Assembly: GCA_017499595.2 (NCBI GenBank)
Contig: CM039003.1
Span: forward strand, 1,488,001-1,552,000
DNA length: 64,000 nucleotides
Direction of reading: 5' to 3'
DNA from: Psilocybe cubensis
Taxonomy: Eukaryota
The notes under the pieces: generated by a model
Told to the model about the DNA's origin: nothing
The model's database searches: none
What the model saw: only the letters and a program-made list of their open reading frames with translations
Part shown: positions 1 to 11,976 of the stretch, in pieces
Position numbering within the stretch: position 1 is the stretch's first letter
Layout of the letters: each line of letters starts with the position of its first letter
Translations under genes and position numbers: made by a program

Positions 1-247
1 TTCTACTGTGAAGCACGTATATAGACAACTTCTTCGCGTCTTTGCGCACATATACCACGCACACTTCCATCAACTTCTCCACCTCCGCTCCGAACCGCAT
101 TTCAACTCGCTATTCGCCCACTTCTTGGCCTTTGGCCGTGAATACGAATTGCTTGAGATGAAAGATGTCAAGGGCTCACCATCAGCCCCGGTTGGTGTCG
201 GCCAGCTCTGGGAGAAGTGGCGAGACATGGGCATCCTGGAGGGTTGA
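1..247 (+). CDS. Mob1/phocein family kinase activator (Mob2-like), copy A, 3' end only
   Basis: Encodes VYRQLLRVFAHIYHAHF...HFNSLFAHFLAFGREYELL, the conserved Mob1-family C-terminal helices; stop TGA at 245-247; runs off the window start. Confidence 0.9.
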   Translation, partial: STVKHVYRQLLRVFAHIYHAHFHQLLHLRSEPHFNSLFAHFLAFGREYELLEMKDVKGSPSAPVGVGQLWEKWRDMGILEG

Positions 248-841
248 AAACCCTCTTTCTTTTTCGTTTGGGTTTTGGGACTAAATTAATGTTTTCCTTC
301 TCTTTTCATCTGTCTATTTATCCATCTGCCGTTTTCTTTCCTACGTGGATAGGCTCTACTATAATACCACCAAGGCACTTTGCTATACCACACTTTCTGT
401 AGATTAGATTGTTTTCACCATTATCTACTAACTTCAAAAGCGAACATCAGAGATGAAGAAATCATCATTTACTTTCATATTTCCCGCAAGCATCTGAGTT
501 TCCAGGATTCTTACTTCGAAATCGACCATAGATCAGTAAGAAAATCAGACTTGGGGGACGACCCGTATTAATTCACATATTACCCCTATTATCAAAGCGG
601 AGGGTCTACCACACCATGTACAGTCAGTCCTTCCTTCGTAATCTATATCAACAGGAAACGAATAAATTCGAAATCAGCAACGGTGGCTAGGTCAAGTTCT
701 AGGATCGCAACGAAGCGAAGCCTTGGGTCACCATGTCGCTTGTCAAAGTTTTCTTTTTTCGTCCGGATATAGCACCGTAAACCCATATACGGGTGTTGCA
801 GCAACCCTCGCTTCCTTCCTTGCAACACTAAACCCCATCCC

Positions 842-1814
842 ATGTTCTCAACCAACCGCAATCGCGCGCCGCGAGCGAGGCGGTCGCCGACGCCCTCTGG
901 TGGCCAGGGCCCTGTCAGGAAGGACTCTGGTGGGCCGCCGCCGTCGAGGTCGCCGTCGCCTGGTGCCCAGAACCCCTCGAAACCCCTGTACCTCTGCACA
1001 CCCTTCGCTGACGCTGCCCTCGTCAAGGGCAACTTCAAGACGATCGTCATGCTCCCCAAGTACACCGACATCATGGAGTGGGTCGCTGTGAACAGTGCGT
1101 GTTTCTGGGTGTGGCTGCCCCCCCTGTGTGCAGGGCGTTAGCGCCGAGATAGGGCGCGATGACTGATTTGCTGTCGTTGCATCCTCGTGTAGTTTTCGAC
1201 TTTTATACCAACCTGAACGAGTTTTATGGTGTTATTGCGGAGACGTGCACGCAGCACTCGTGTCCGACGATGAGTGGTGGCCCCTCGTAAGATTTTTATT
1301 CTTCTCGTTAGATCGCCACTGACCTCATCACCACGACTATATCGCAGATTAAACTACGTGTGGACACACCAAGGAGGAAAGCAAGCAAACCTGCCCGCAC
1401 CTACATACATCGACTACGTGATGACGTCCATCCAGAACCTCATCGACGACGAAAACATCTTCCCCACAAAATCAAGTACGTCCTCCCTCTCCTATCCCGC
1501 CATCCTCCCCAAAGCTCACGCTACGCCCCACGAACGCCGCAGACCAAGCATTCCACCCCTCCTTCCCCGCAACGGTCAGGACGGTGTACCGCCAGCTTCT
1601 GCGCGTCTTTGCGCACATCTATCACGCGCACTACCCGCAGATCCTGCACCTGCGCTCCGAGCCGCACTTCAACTCGCTCTTCGCGCACTTCCTCGCGTTC
1701 GGGCGCGAGTACGAGCTGCTCGAGGTGCGCGATATCAAGGGCGAGCCGAACGCACCCGTTGGCGTCGGCCTCCTTTGGGAGCGGTGGAAGGAGAAGGGCA
1801 TCTTGGAGAGCTGA
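842..1814 (+). CDS. Mob1/phocein family kinase activator (Mob2-like), copy B, about 4 exons
   Basis: Spliced product includes PLYLCTPFADAALVKGNFKTIVMLPKYTDIMEWVAVN / FDFYTNLNEFYG..CPTMSGG / PAPTYIDYVM...DENIFPTK / VYRQLLRVFAHIYHAHY. GT-AG introns at about 1096-1192, 1287-1348 and 1476-1542. Confidence 0.92.
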
Positions 1815-2341
1815 GCTTGACCGTGGTCATGTACCTTTTGCATATTCTACCTGTTTCTGTTTCTGCTTTTTTGCTTTCTTCTGTTGAGTGTCATCAAGAA
1901 GAGGACGGATTGTACGGTTTTAGTTTTCTTTTCTTTTCCACTTTCAAACTTTCAATACGCAAGCTGAGGACTGGAATGAATCATTACACGTCGGTGACCA
2001 CACCGTGTTTTCCTAAGTGCTCAGGGGTTTCTTTGCAACCTTGATTTCTTTTACTCTCATCATCATGATAGTGAAATGTGATCAATTGCTTGCGTCGGTA
2101 AGGAGGGTAATAAAAAAGAGGCAATCGTGGACCGGTCCTATCATTAAAAAAAATTCATCCCCAACTAAATGGAGGACGAATACACCGAAATCAAGGTGAA
2201 GTATGTTAAAAAATTGGCGGGGCGGAAAAGAACAAACTGGGGGTTAAGTACACTAGGTATCAATAAAAAAATGCATTTCCTCAAAGTCCTTGCAACAAAA
2301 AAATGAACAAAAAGCCGAAAAACAAACAGCCTCAAAGCCTA

Positions 2342-3336
2342 TCATAGCAGGAGGGAGGCGACGCCAAGGGCAGCGAGGAGCGTGGTCGCGCGCTGCACGG
2401 TGACGGCGAAGCCAGCAGAGGCAGGGACGTTGCCCTGGTTCGAGCTGTCGGTGGTGGTGTTGCCGCCGGTACTGGGGGTGCTGCCGACGACGGTGGTGCC
2501 ACTGCCCGCGGGGGTGTTGCCGGGGGTCGGGGTCGATCCCGAGCCGCCTGTAGCGGGGGTGGTGGCTCCGCCGCCCGTTGCGGGGGGTGTGGTGGCGCCG
2601 CCGCTGGGTGCTGGGGCGGTTTCGCCCTTGGCGGTCGCCAGGAAAGTCTCGAATGTCCTTTCGGCGGTGGGGTTGATGGCGAAGACCATTCCGGCCTTGC
2701 AGTGACTAGCAAAGAAATTAGGAATTGCGGATTATGATGTGAAGGAATGAAGAGCACTTACGCTCCCTGGGCACAGTAGAACCAGAGAGGGGCGGTCACT
2801 ATATTCGTGGTTAGATTTTGTCATAGAAACCCAGTAGAGAAAACCGACCATTGTCGATCTGGATCGTCCACTCAGGGAAGGAGGTGGCGCCAGCAGCAAC
2901 AGGGACATAGCCAGAGTCAACACCATCAGGCTTAGCAACGCATGGGGTGGCGAATGTTGATTGGGTGAGAGTCTATATCCATGTGTTAGAACAACAGGAA
3001 AATAAACACCGCAAAAGAAAGAACGCATACGTGGTTCTTGGACAAGCTGTTAACACAGGACACACATGTCAGAAAAAACGAGTTAAAAATAGAAAAATAG
3101 GCGCTCAACGCACAACTTGAACGAGATCTGGTCACCAGCCTTGACACCTGTGATGCTGCACGTTATTTATAGATATCAGTGTCTATCAAAGGTAATGTGG
3201 GGAAGGTGTAGGCGCCGTACCTAGGGGGGTCGTAAGTGAGGCCGTTGTTGGGTCCAACTGACACAGTAAACTGGGCAGCGGAGGCGACAGTGGCGAGGAG
3301 GGAGGCAGAAGCAAGGAAGGAAGTGGTGAAATGCAT
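2342..3336 (-). CDS. Secreted, probably GPI-anchored cupredoxin-fold protein with Thr/Gly/Pro-rich stalk
   Basis: Signal peptide MHFTTSFLASASLLATVASA. Spliced exons give VKAGDQISFKFLSKNHTLTQSTFATPC...PLWFYCAQGAHCKAGMVFAINP (H...C-x4-H-x4-M, type-1 copper-like). A low-complexity T/G/P region and a hydrophobic C-terminal tail follow. Confidence 0.85.
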
Positions 3337-3838
3337 TGTAGTAGTGGTAGTGATCTTTTCCGAAAAATGTAGTGCGATACTTCAACGAAGGTGTGACAGA
3401 GACGATGATTGCCTGAACGAAGAAAAAGAAAGTATATAGAGCCTGCAAACAAAACAACTTGAGTCTCCCCATCCAGTGGTGCCATACACAGCCGCTCGCA
3501 AAAAGGACTCACACTGCTCTAAAAAATAAAAAGAAAGAGGGAGGAAGTTGGTGGGGGGGAAACAAGAGACACGAGGGCGAAAAACGGTTGGCATCGCTGG
3601 TTCATATACGAAACTTGGAAATTGCCGGTGATCGTGGTATTTGATTCGTGAAAACCTTGACAACGTCTGTGGTCCAGCGATGCTTGGCTTTTGCAATCTC
3701 CATGAGTCCAGCCGACCAATTTTGCTTTTTTTTTCCATCAGGGGCTTGGCGCTCGGCGGAGGGCCGGCCCGCTATGTCCGTAGGGGTCACTGAGCCCCTG
3801 ACTCAGCACCACCGAGCACTTTGCTCTCCAACTCCATC

Positions 3839-4676
3839 ATGCCCTTCATCGCGGAAGATGCTCGAAGGCCAGGCCACACTCATGTCCTCCTAATCACCAC
3901 CGGAAGCGTTGCATCTATAAAAGCTCCATTAATCGTGAAAGAGTTGCTGAGTGTAAGCTCCTAACCACCCTCTACACCTATCTCCTCAATCTTTCAACCA
4001 GATCAGTATTCCAATGTCCTCGTGCAAGTAGCCGCATCCAAATCTTCACTCGAGTTCTACAAAAAGGAGGATGTAGAACGAGCAGGTTCGAGGGTATGGA
4101 CCGATGACGACGAATGGACGGTACAGACACCTTTATATCCCTGCACCATGCCTCATAAACTGAAGCAATCCTTCAGGGAACCTTCAAAATCGGCGACCCT
4201 ATCCTACACATCGAACTTCGCCGCTGGGCAGACATCGTCTTGGTCGCCCCATGTTCCGCAAACACACTGTCCAAGATTGCCCACGGCCTGTGCGATAACC
4301 TCATCGTAAGCAAAATCCCTACGCTTGGTTTTCGCGTAATTCTGCAGGCTCAGGCAGGTGCGTATTAGACATCGCTTATGCGTGCGCTCTCGCCATCGAC
4401 GCCGACGTATCTGTTTCCGGCGATGAACACGCTGATGTACGAGCATCCGCTGACTGCAGAGCATCTGAGGGTTGTGAGGGACGTCGTGGGATATAACGTC
4501 GTTGGCCCTATTGGCAAGCATCTCGCTTGTGGAGATATTGGTGAGTTTCTTCTCTTTCTTCTCATGTAAAGTGCGCTGACCGTAGTCAAGGAGTGGGAGC
4601 TATGACTGAATGGAAGGATATAGTAAAAATTGTCGTCGACCGTTTTCAACTTGCACCGAAGGAATCAGCACCTTGA
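3839..4676 (+). CDS. Phosphopantothenoylcysteine decarboxylase / HAL3-like flavoprotein
   Basis: HVLLITTGSVASIKAP; ILHIELRRWADIVLVAPCSANTLSKIAHGLCDNL; PAMNTLMYEHP; LACGDIGVGAM: the flavoprotein PPCDC motifs, including the catalytic His and Cys. Stop TGA at 4674-4676. Confidence 0.93.
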
Positions 4677-4870
4677 GTACCACATACCTGAATGCTTATT
4701 AGACTTTGAAACGAGTTCACTCCAGGCCCGTCCAGCGTGCCAACAGACAACCACGATTCACGCGCCGCTCGCCCATAGCGACTCAAATAATTGTATCAGT
4801 GTTCAATTAAAAAAGAAGCACGAATAACAATATATGTCTATTCCATCAAGCAGCCATGACATCAAATGCC

Positions 4871-5989
4871 TCAGGCGCTGTCCTCCTTCGATTCCTTCGC
4901 GTTATCTAAAGGTGTGACACCCTCCTACAGAAACAGGAAGCAAAAGTGAGACACAGACTATCTGGAACCCGAATCTGGAACACGTACCACAGCTTTCTGC
5001 TCGGGAACTTCCATTTCGACAGGGCCTCCCTCGCCCTCCTTTTTGAAGCTGCTAGCTTTGGGTATATGTTCGTGGGCATCACCATCGCTACCCTCCTGGG
5101 CGGGTGCACTGGCGGGCTAAAACAGGATTGCGGTTTCACATATTACAACACGATCTCTAAAATGTACTCTATTTGCCAAATACCTCGCTCTTTTGCTTAG
5201 GGACACCAGCCGTTTCGGCGTCAGTGAGTAGCTCAGCCTGTTTCTCCGGCTATATTCCGTTTCGTCAGCGACCCTCGCGCAGCAGAAATGACGTCGACGT
5301 CAGTTAGCACCCACCGACTGAGATTCTTTAGGGACATCGCTTCCCTGTTAGTCGTCCAAGGACAAAAACAAAAAGGTCGGAAAACGACGTCATCAGGACA
5401 CGGTCTCGAAAACAGAGACATCAAATCATCCGCACCTGCGACAGCGCAATGGTGGCGCCAACATTTGCCTCCGTGCCCTCGTCGTCTGTCATGATCTCCA
5501 CGGGCGCGGCGGCGGCGACTTCTTCAGGTTTGTGGGGCGCGGCGTCATGGCGCTTAAGAGTGGGGTGCTCTTTCAGGTCGTTGTGGACACTCTTGGTAGA
5601 GTTTCTGCCTGTGGGGGAGACGAGGTAGAGGAACTAGATAGAGCCATCCATAAATAAAGGGCATGGCATCCCAATTGGGACGTGACGGGTTCGAAAAAGT
5701 GACGTCGTCAGCTCAGCTCATGAGACCACGCAAAACAGAGAGAGCGAACGCACGGCAGGACCGAAAACGAGGGTGGCGCCAACCTAGAATGCAAGAAATC
5801 AATAACGGTTGTCGAGAGGGCAACGGAGAAGAAAGAGCAGCTCACGATCCAGGGGGTGTCGCTTGACTTTGCATTCCCGGAAGCAGACGACATGGTGCGC
5901 CTGGATACGCTGCTTGCCGACGAGGAGAGGGTGGTCTGTGCGCGGCGGGCGGCGGACTGGAAGGCAGAGCGGGCGAGACGGGCAGACAT
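4871..5989 (-). CDS. Uncharacterised protein with mitochondrial presequence and single TM segment
   Basis: N-terminus MSARLARSAFQSAARRAQ...RRTMSS is R/S/A-rich with no acidic residues. SSDTPWI-VGATLVFGPA-FLYLVSP (hydrophobic) spans introns, followed by acidic exons. The 3' exon structure is approximate. Confidence 0.7.
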
Positions 5990-6132
5990 TTTGCGGGCGA
6001 GTGAGTGAGGGGAGAGCTGAGCAGGTCTAATAGAAAGAGAGAAATACGAGTCGTGGGCATTTCAGGCGCGGGTCAGACCGGCAACTCAGAATAGGTAATA
6101 TATGACGTCGCGTAATTATAGACTATTGTGCT

Positions 6133-7818
6133 CTACCACTCGACTCCAATCCGCGACAGAAACGACAGCCCCATTGCTGCCTGGAATGGATCCCGCGCCA
6201 CTACGTCCTCCCCAACAAGCCGCGCCTTCAGCTCCTCGTTCACCACATACATTCCCTGCTCGTCTCGGAACTCGTCTAGAATGTGCGTCAGGTACTTTAC
6301 CGGCGCGTGCAGTGGGTCCAGTGGGTGCGGCTCTGCATTGTAGTAGTTTGACTGCATGTAGTTCGTGTCCTGTCCACAGTATATCTTAACCTAGGTCATT
6401 GGTCAACACAAGCAGGCGCACCTGTTCTACCGGTTGGAACGGGATATGGTTCTCCCAGTCAAATGCAGGCGCCAACGAGGCCTGCGGCATTTGCGCGATA
6501 CTCCCAGAAGGCAAAGGCGAAGAAGGATCAACACTGAAATAGTCATAAACAGCTGCAGGACACGCCATAGACTGGGCAACAGAAGGAGCATTTTCATCCA
6601 AAGGGGAAGACATATAGTTCGACGGGCCATTGTTGTAAAATTGCGTCCGAAGCACTGGGCCTTGCTGGTAGAACGCTGCCCTCTGATTTTTCGGAGCGCG
6701 TGGTTGAGCAGGGGAATCATGGGTCACAGTGTCGTGGAAATCTCCTCCCAGAGGGCTTGCCTCTGCATGCGAAGGCGCATATATATTGTGCGATTTTTTC
6801 GCACCAGAGACACTAGACCTCCTTCGAGTTGGCCCTCCATGATTGACACCAGTGGCCATAGGAGACCTTTTGGGCGGACCCAGCATAGGAAGAATATCTA
6901 GGTAGCTAGCGGATGCAGTAGATCGAGAACCAGAAGACGTAGCCGCAGTCTGAGTCTGACCGTGATTACCACCGGGATACGCACCCATGTTTGCAGCCGA
7001 CTGGTTGTCTGATTGAGAGGGACTGTCGGCGGCAGCAGAAAGAGACAATTCAATCAGTTCCTTCTTTACACGTGGAGATTCAATTATAGCAGGTCCTTTG
7101 CGTCTGCTCCTTAAAGACCGAGTGGTAGACGACGATGTATTTCTAGGTCCAGTTCGTCGTCTATTCTGGGAAGATTCAATAGTAGGCCCAGGTTGCGTCA
7201 GGTCAAGCACAATAGAAGATGAAGAAGCAGACAACGTAGTCGCGTATTCAGATACACTTGTAGCACCAGGAGACGACGCCAATGCGCCTATGGGATCTCC
7301 ATCTTCAAGTTTAACTTGAAGAATGTCCTCAGGGGAACGCATGACGTCCATAGATCCACGCCCAGTGGCGCCCAGTCGAGTAGACCCTTTACGAGTAGAT
7401 GTTTCTGGATTGTTTTTGCGATCTTTGGTCCTTTGGCGTGCAAACCACTGAGAAACCCATTTAATCGTTCTACAGAAATGGATCAGAAAAACGCCTACTC
7501 CAGAAATACCATGTGGAGCATATAGCCAGCTAAACCAGCGTCAACAAGAAAATGGTGTGCACAGTAGCACATGGTGAAGAGTCACATATATAGTGTATAC
7601 AATATCGCTTTTGCACCCGGTTGCGAATCGCCCAGTGCCAAAAGGCGAAAATGTACTCACAAACCAGTCTGTTCGCTCAAAGCCGCCAATTGCTCCTGGG
7701 TGGGTGATCTGACAACCAAATATAACGCCTTTAGAATGGCAGTTTGCTCTGGACTGGCGCGAACTATAGGGCGACTTCTGGCAGCTGAAGCGCGCTCCAT
7801 TTTTAATTCTGGGGGCAT
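6133..7818 (-). CDS. Homeodomain transcription factor-like protein (atypical helix 3)
   Basis: Removing intron 7470-7660 joins SPEQTAILKALYLVVRSPTQEQLAALSEQTGL to TIKWVSQWFARQRTKDRK with canonical homeodomain spacing; a long S/P-rich C-terminal region follows (ORF 6386-7351). The last intron is uncertain. Confidence 0.8.
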
Positions 7819-8850
7819 AAAAGCTTTCAGATGAAGAAACGCAGCCGAAGATGATGATATTCGTGTATTATTGAGGGCTTCCGGGCGATGTGGGTTGTAC
7901 CGGGTATCGGCCCAAAAGCAATCCACGTAGCTGTCACTGATGATGCTTGCCTTGCTCCAAGTTAGGCCATTTTTACAAGTATTTAGTTGGGCGACTTGGA
8001 ATAAAAAGTTGGGGAAGAGAGCAAGTTGCTGAAGCGGGTGCAATAAGAGGTCGGTTCCGTCGGTCTTTGCCGTCTCAAAAAATACACAGTCACATGATGC
8101 TCTACTTTGTTGACACCCTTCCTGCATCTTTCTGATGCTGGTTTACATTGACACATCTTCTCGATGGGTTCTCTGCGCACACTCTGTTCTACTATATTCA
8201 CTGTGGACGACCTATTGTATCTGGACGCGAGAGGCTCAAGTGACATTGCTACTGTCTTTAATAGCTGGAGGATGACCTCGATCTGCACCCGTACACCACT
8301 CGAACGCGCAGTCTGCCACCCCAATTATAACCAGAACTTTTGTCAGGCTTTCATACCTCCCACAGTAGCCTCTGCATAGCTCCCGAATGTTCTCATGCTC
8401 ATTCTCTGTGCATTTTAATTTCTGTCGCTGATGATGCTAGTACAACCGACGTACTTGAACCATTCCGCTTCGAATAAGCGTATTACGTCAAATGGCCTGC
8501 TTGCAATACACGAAGTTGGTCTCTGTTCGCTTTGTGCTATCATTTCTGTCGGATATTACATGCAGCTTGTCTCTCTGAGCAACTAAGAGAGGGTAATTTT
8601 ACTTTATGCTCTTTAAATGTCAAGACACCAGTACGAAACTCTACGGGTGCAATTTTACAACTTGTCTGCAGGTCACTCTAACCCTCGGAGATTCTCAGCA
8701 CTGTCGAGTTGACCTCGCTATTAAAGTCATATCCAACAATTATACAACTCATCCATCCAAAATAACCTCGCATATCCTGAAATAGATGCACCAGAATCTC
8801 TATAAAGGTCTTGCTTACCGGACAGGATCCCTCATTCGACTTGCACAAAG

Positions 8851-9672
8851 ATGACAAAAGCACTTTCCGCCTTCGTCCTTGCAGCGTCCGTTCTCGCAGC
8901 GCGCGCAATCCCAACAGCCGCGCCGACCAGTCCCTGCGCGGATGTACACATCATCGCGGCGCGCGCGTCGACTGAGGCTCCTGGGCCCGGGATCATTGGC
9001 GCGTTGGTCACGCAAGTCCAGAATGCGAGCAAGCAGACTATATCCACGGACTCGGTAGTATACCCGGCGACGCTCACTAACTACGCGAGCAGCTCTGCGC
9101 AGGGCACGCAGGCGACTATCAGCATGCTCACGGCGCAGGCGAATGCTTGTCCCAGCCAGAAGATTGTCCTCGTTGGTTACTCTCAGGTATTATTTCTATG
9201 CAACTCCGTGCTCTTGGGATTGTGTGTTGATTGGGATATAGGGTGCACACATTATAGGAGACGCTGTTGCAGGAGGAGGAGGAGTTGCTGGTTTGGGGCC
9301 TGCTACACCCCCAGTGGCCGCCAGCATCTCCGACAGAGGTACGCATTCCACTCACCATCACTCTCAAAACCCCATCTTTCTAATCGCACTATACTTTCAC
9401 CAAATGCTACAGTCGTCGCCATGATCCAAATGGGAGACCCACGACACGTCCCCGGCCAGTCCTTCGACCGCGGCACCTCCCTGCGCGATGGGCTCTTCCC
9501 GCGCCTGCCGAGTCAGCAGTACAGCGCAACGCTCCAGCCGCGTATACTCTCATTCTGCGACTTTAACGACCCGTTCTGCGACTCGGGTGCGGATCTGGAG
9601 GTCCATTTGACCTACCTCGACCGCGATCAAAATACAGCTGCTCAGTTCATCCTTTCTCAAATCGGAGGGTGA
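8851..9672 (+). CDS. Secreted cutinase / acetylxylan esterase (CE5)
   Basis: Signal peptide; CADVHIIAARASTE; CPSQKIVLVGYSQ|GAH (G-Y-S-Q-G nucleophile motif across an intron); MGDP; SFCDFNDPFCDSG...H. Confidence 0.93.
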   Translation: MTKALSAFVLAASVLAARAIPTAAPTSPCADVHIIAARASTEAPGPGIIGALVTQVQNASKQTISTDSVVYPATLTNYASSSAQGTQATISMLTAQANACPSQKIVLVGYSQVLFLCNSVLLGLCVDWDIGCTHYRRRCCRRRRSCWFGACYTPSGRQHLRQRYAFHSPSLSKPHLSNRTILSPNATVVAMIQMGDPRHVPGQSFDRGTSLRDGLFPRLPSQQYSATLQPRILSFCDFNDPFCDSGADLEVHLTYLDRDQNTAAQFILSQIGG

Positions 9673-10228
9673 ATCGTGATGAAGGTTTAATTGATTATTA
9701 GTAGGTGAAAATGTACTCTTTAGTTTCGATATCCTGTTGTTGTAAAACAAGCTACTCAAAATGAATTCGTCGTTATTGATGTCCGACAGAAAATGTCTTT
9801 AAGCTTCAACGAATCCATAAACGGGTGTTTCTTCCAAGTGACCGCTCTAGATGCGTTATTATACCCCAAAAATTAATCTCTGAACCGAGGAAACCAGATT
9901 GAAATGCTGTCCGACATGACATCCATTACTCGCATAAATCAGAAGCAAAACACAAAGTAGGAACATCTCGACTTGCCCCGTAATGAAAAGAAAGTGATGG
10001 ATCGCCGACTCGGAGGTTTATTATTAGTTCGAAGCATCTGGTTGTACTGCTCACGATGATACAATGTGAGGCGGTCTATCATGACAGTTTACCCACCAGA
10101 TAGTGGTCAGGTTATTAAAAGAATAAAATACTGACTAATCTACGGGTATAAAGTCTCGACAGGCCGGAGCGCTATCTCACTGGAAAGTATCCCATTCAAC
10201 ACGCATTGGCAGCATCTATAGAAGTTAA

Positions 10229-11085
10229 ATGGCAGAAACCAAAGTCATTCTAGTGACAGGTCGGATGTTGTTCAGGCGTTGGTCAGATTTATTGTTTTGA
10301 CCGTTTTGGCAGGCAGTAATACCGGAATTGGATTCGAGTTGGTTCGTCTTCTTGCAGAGAAAGGCCATATCGTGTATATAGGAGCAAGAAACGAGATTGC
10401 TGGTAGAGGAGCACAGTGCGTGATATCTTCGCATTTATTCCTTGTCATAGCTCTGACCTTGACCGTGTCACTTCGGTGCAGACAGACACTCAACGCAGAC
10501 GGCCTAACAAATGTCAAATTTGTCTTGATAGACGTAAACAACCACGAGACCGTTAAGCATGCAGGAGATGAAATCGAAAGGACTGAAGGCCGACTTGACG
10601 TGCTCGTAAACAACGCCGCAATTTCCAAGTTTGAGGATAATCAGCATCCTTCAAGTATTTCGGAATCTACACTTCGAGAGGTGATGGAAACCAACTTCTT
10701 TGGCCTCGTTCTGACGACGACCGTCTTCGTTCCTCTCATGCGGAAGTCGTCGGCGCCTGTCATTTTGAACGTGTCTAGTGCCTTGGGCTCAAACACTGTG
10801 CAGTCACATACGGCTGCTAGGCTTGGACGGCCGGTGGTTGCTTATCGCGCTAGCAAGGCCGCCGTCAACGCATACACGATCGCGCTGTCGCAAGAGCTCC
10901 AGTCTGAGGGATTCAGGGTAAACACAATCACCCCAGGCCTAGTGTCATCTAAGATAAATGACTTTGCAGAGGAGGGTAAGTCTCTGAAGGAAGGTGCGCT
11001 CTCTTTGCTGCCCTTTACACTGCTGGATAAGGATGGTCCAACTGGAAAATTTTTCGACTGGGAGGGAAAAGAGATGCCTTGGTAG
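10229..11085 (+). CDS. Short-chain dehydrogenase/reductase (carbonyl reductase-like)
   Basis: MAETKVILVTG|SNTGIG (TGxxxGxG), LDVLVNNA, NVSS, YRASK catalytic motif, C-terminal PTGKFFD...MPW. Confidence 0.93.
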
Positions 11086-11976
11086 ATATCACATAGGGAC
11101 ATTCAATTGTTGCCTCTGAGTGAGGAGTTCAATATGCTCGGAGTTGTAGGAGTTTCTCAATATTTTAAAGTGGTAACAAGAGGACAAGGAGTAAATAGCC
11201 CCTGAATGTATTCGTGAGAACCTTCCCGGGGATCAACCCGACCTCACGAAGGAGTGCGGAAGCAGGCTTGAACACGCCCAACGACGACAACAGTCCGAAC
11301 CCAACATATCAACCCAAATGAATGTGGAATTAATCCAAACGTATATCACTCTCATGTTTCTCATTCACTATCGATAGCCTCTCGACAACAGCCAAATGAA
11401 ACTCGTCCTGGCACTTTGTCTTGCACGTATCACCGCCGTGAACTGGTTTTGCTGCATGGTATTGATATCCTCTGGATGGCGTGCAATCAAACAAAAAGCT
11501 AATCTCATATAAAAACTACAGATGTCGTGTGGACATATTAAGCGAAAGACTGCTACGGTCTAGATTTGAAGATGTTTCCGGTCAAGCGGCAGAGAAGCTT
11601 CAAGTTCCAGTGTGTTCAACGTTGAACGTCATTGCTCTCAAAGTGACAATTAAGCCTTAGCACTTTTGGAATCTCTGGAGCGTGGATGAAGTCAAACAGC
11701 CTGCATCAGGAACCTTATCATCCCCTTCATATACTGCGACGGAGCTGCATGCACCCTGCAATGCCTATACTTGAAGCATGCCACCTGCTTTTATCGCTTC
11801 TTCCCTATAATTAGATGTGAGAACAGGCCTTGGAGTCGCGGTCATACTGCCAACGTTTCGGCATTCCCATCCTTTTCTAAGTAGCAGTCATGTCTACCCC
11901 TTCGTCTTGTCTTCCCTTGTTCCTTCATCCTCGTTGTCTTCCTGGCCTTCTCTGAACGCTGAGCATCCCACTGAGG

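Noticed and set aside
6133..7818. Mating-type HD locus
   Set aside because: Only one homeodomain gene, with no divergent HD1/HD2 partner and no MIP or beta-flanking gene in the window.
11211..11250. 8-bp inverted repeat TTCGTGAG...CTCACGAA
   Set aside because: Too short to distinguish from chance in 64 kb, with no supporting context.
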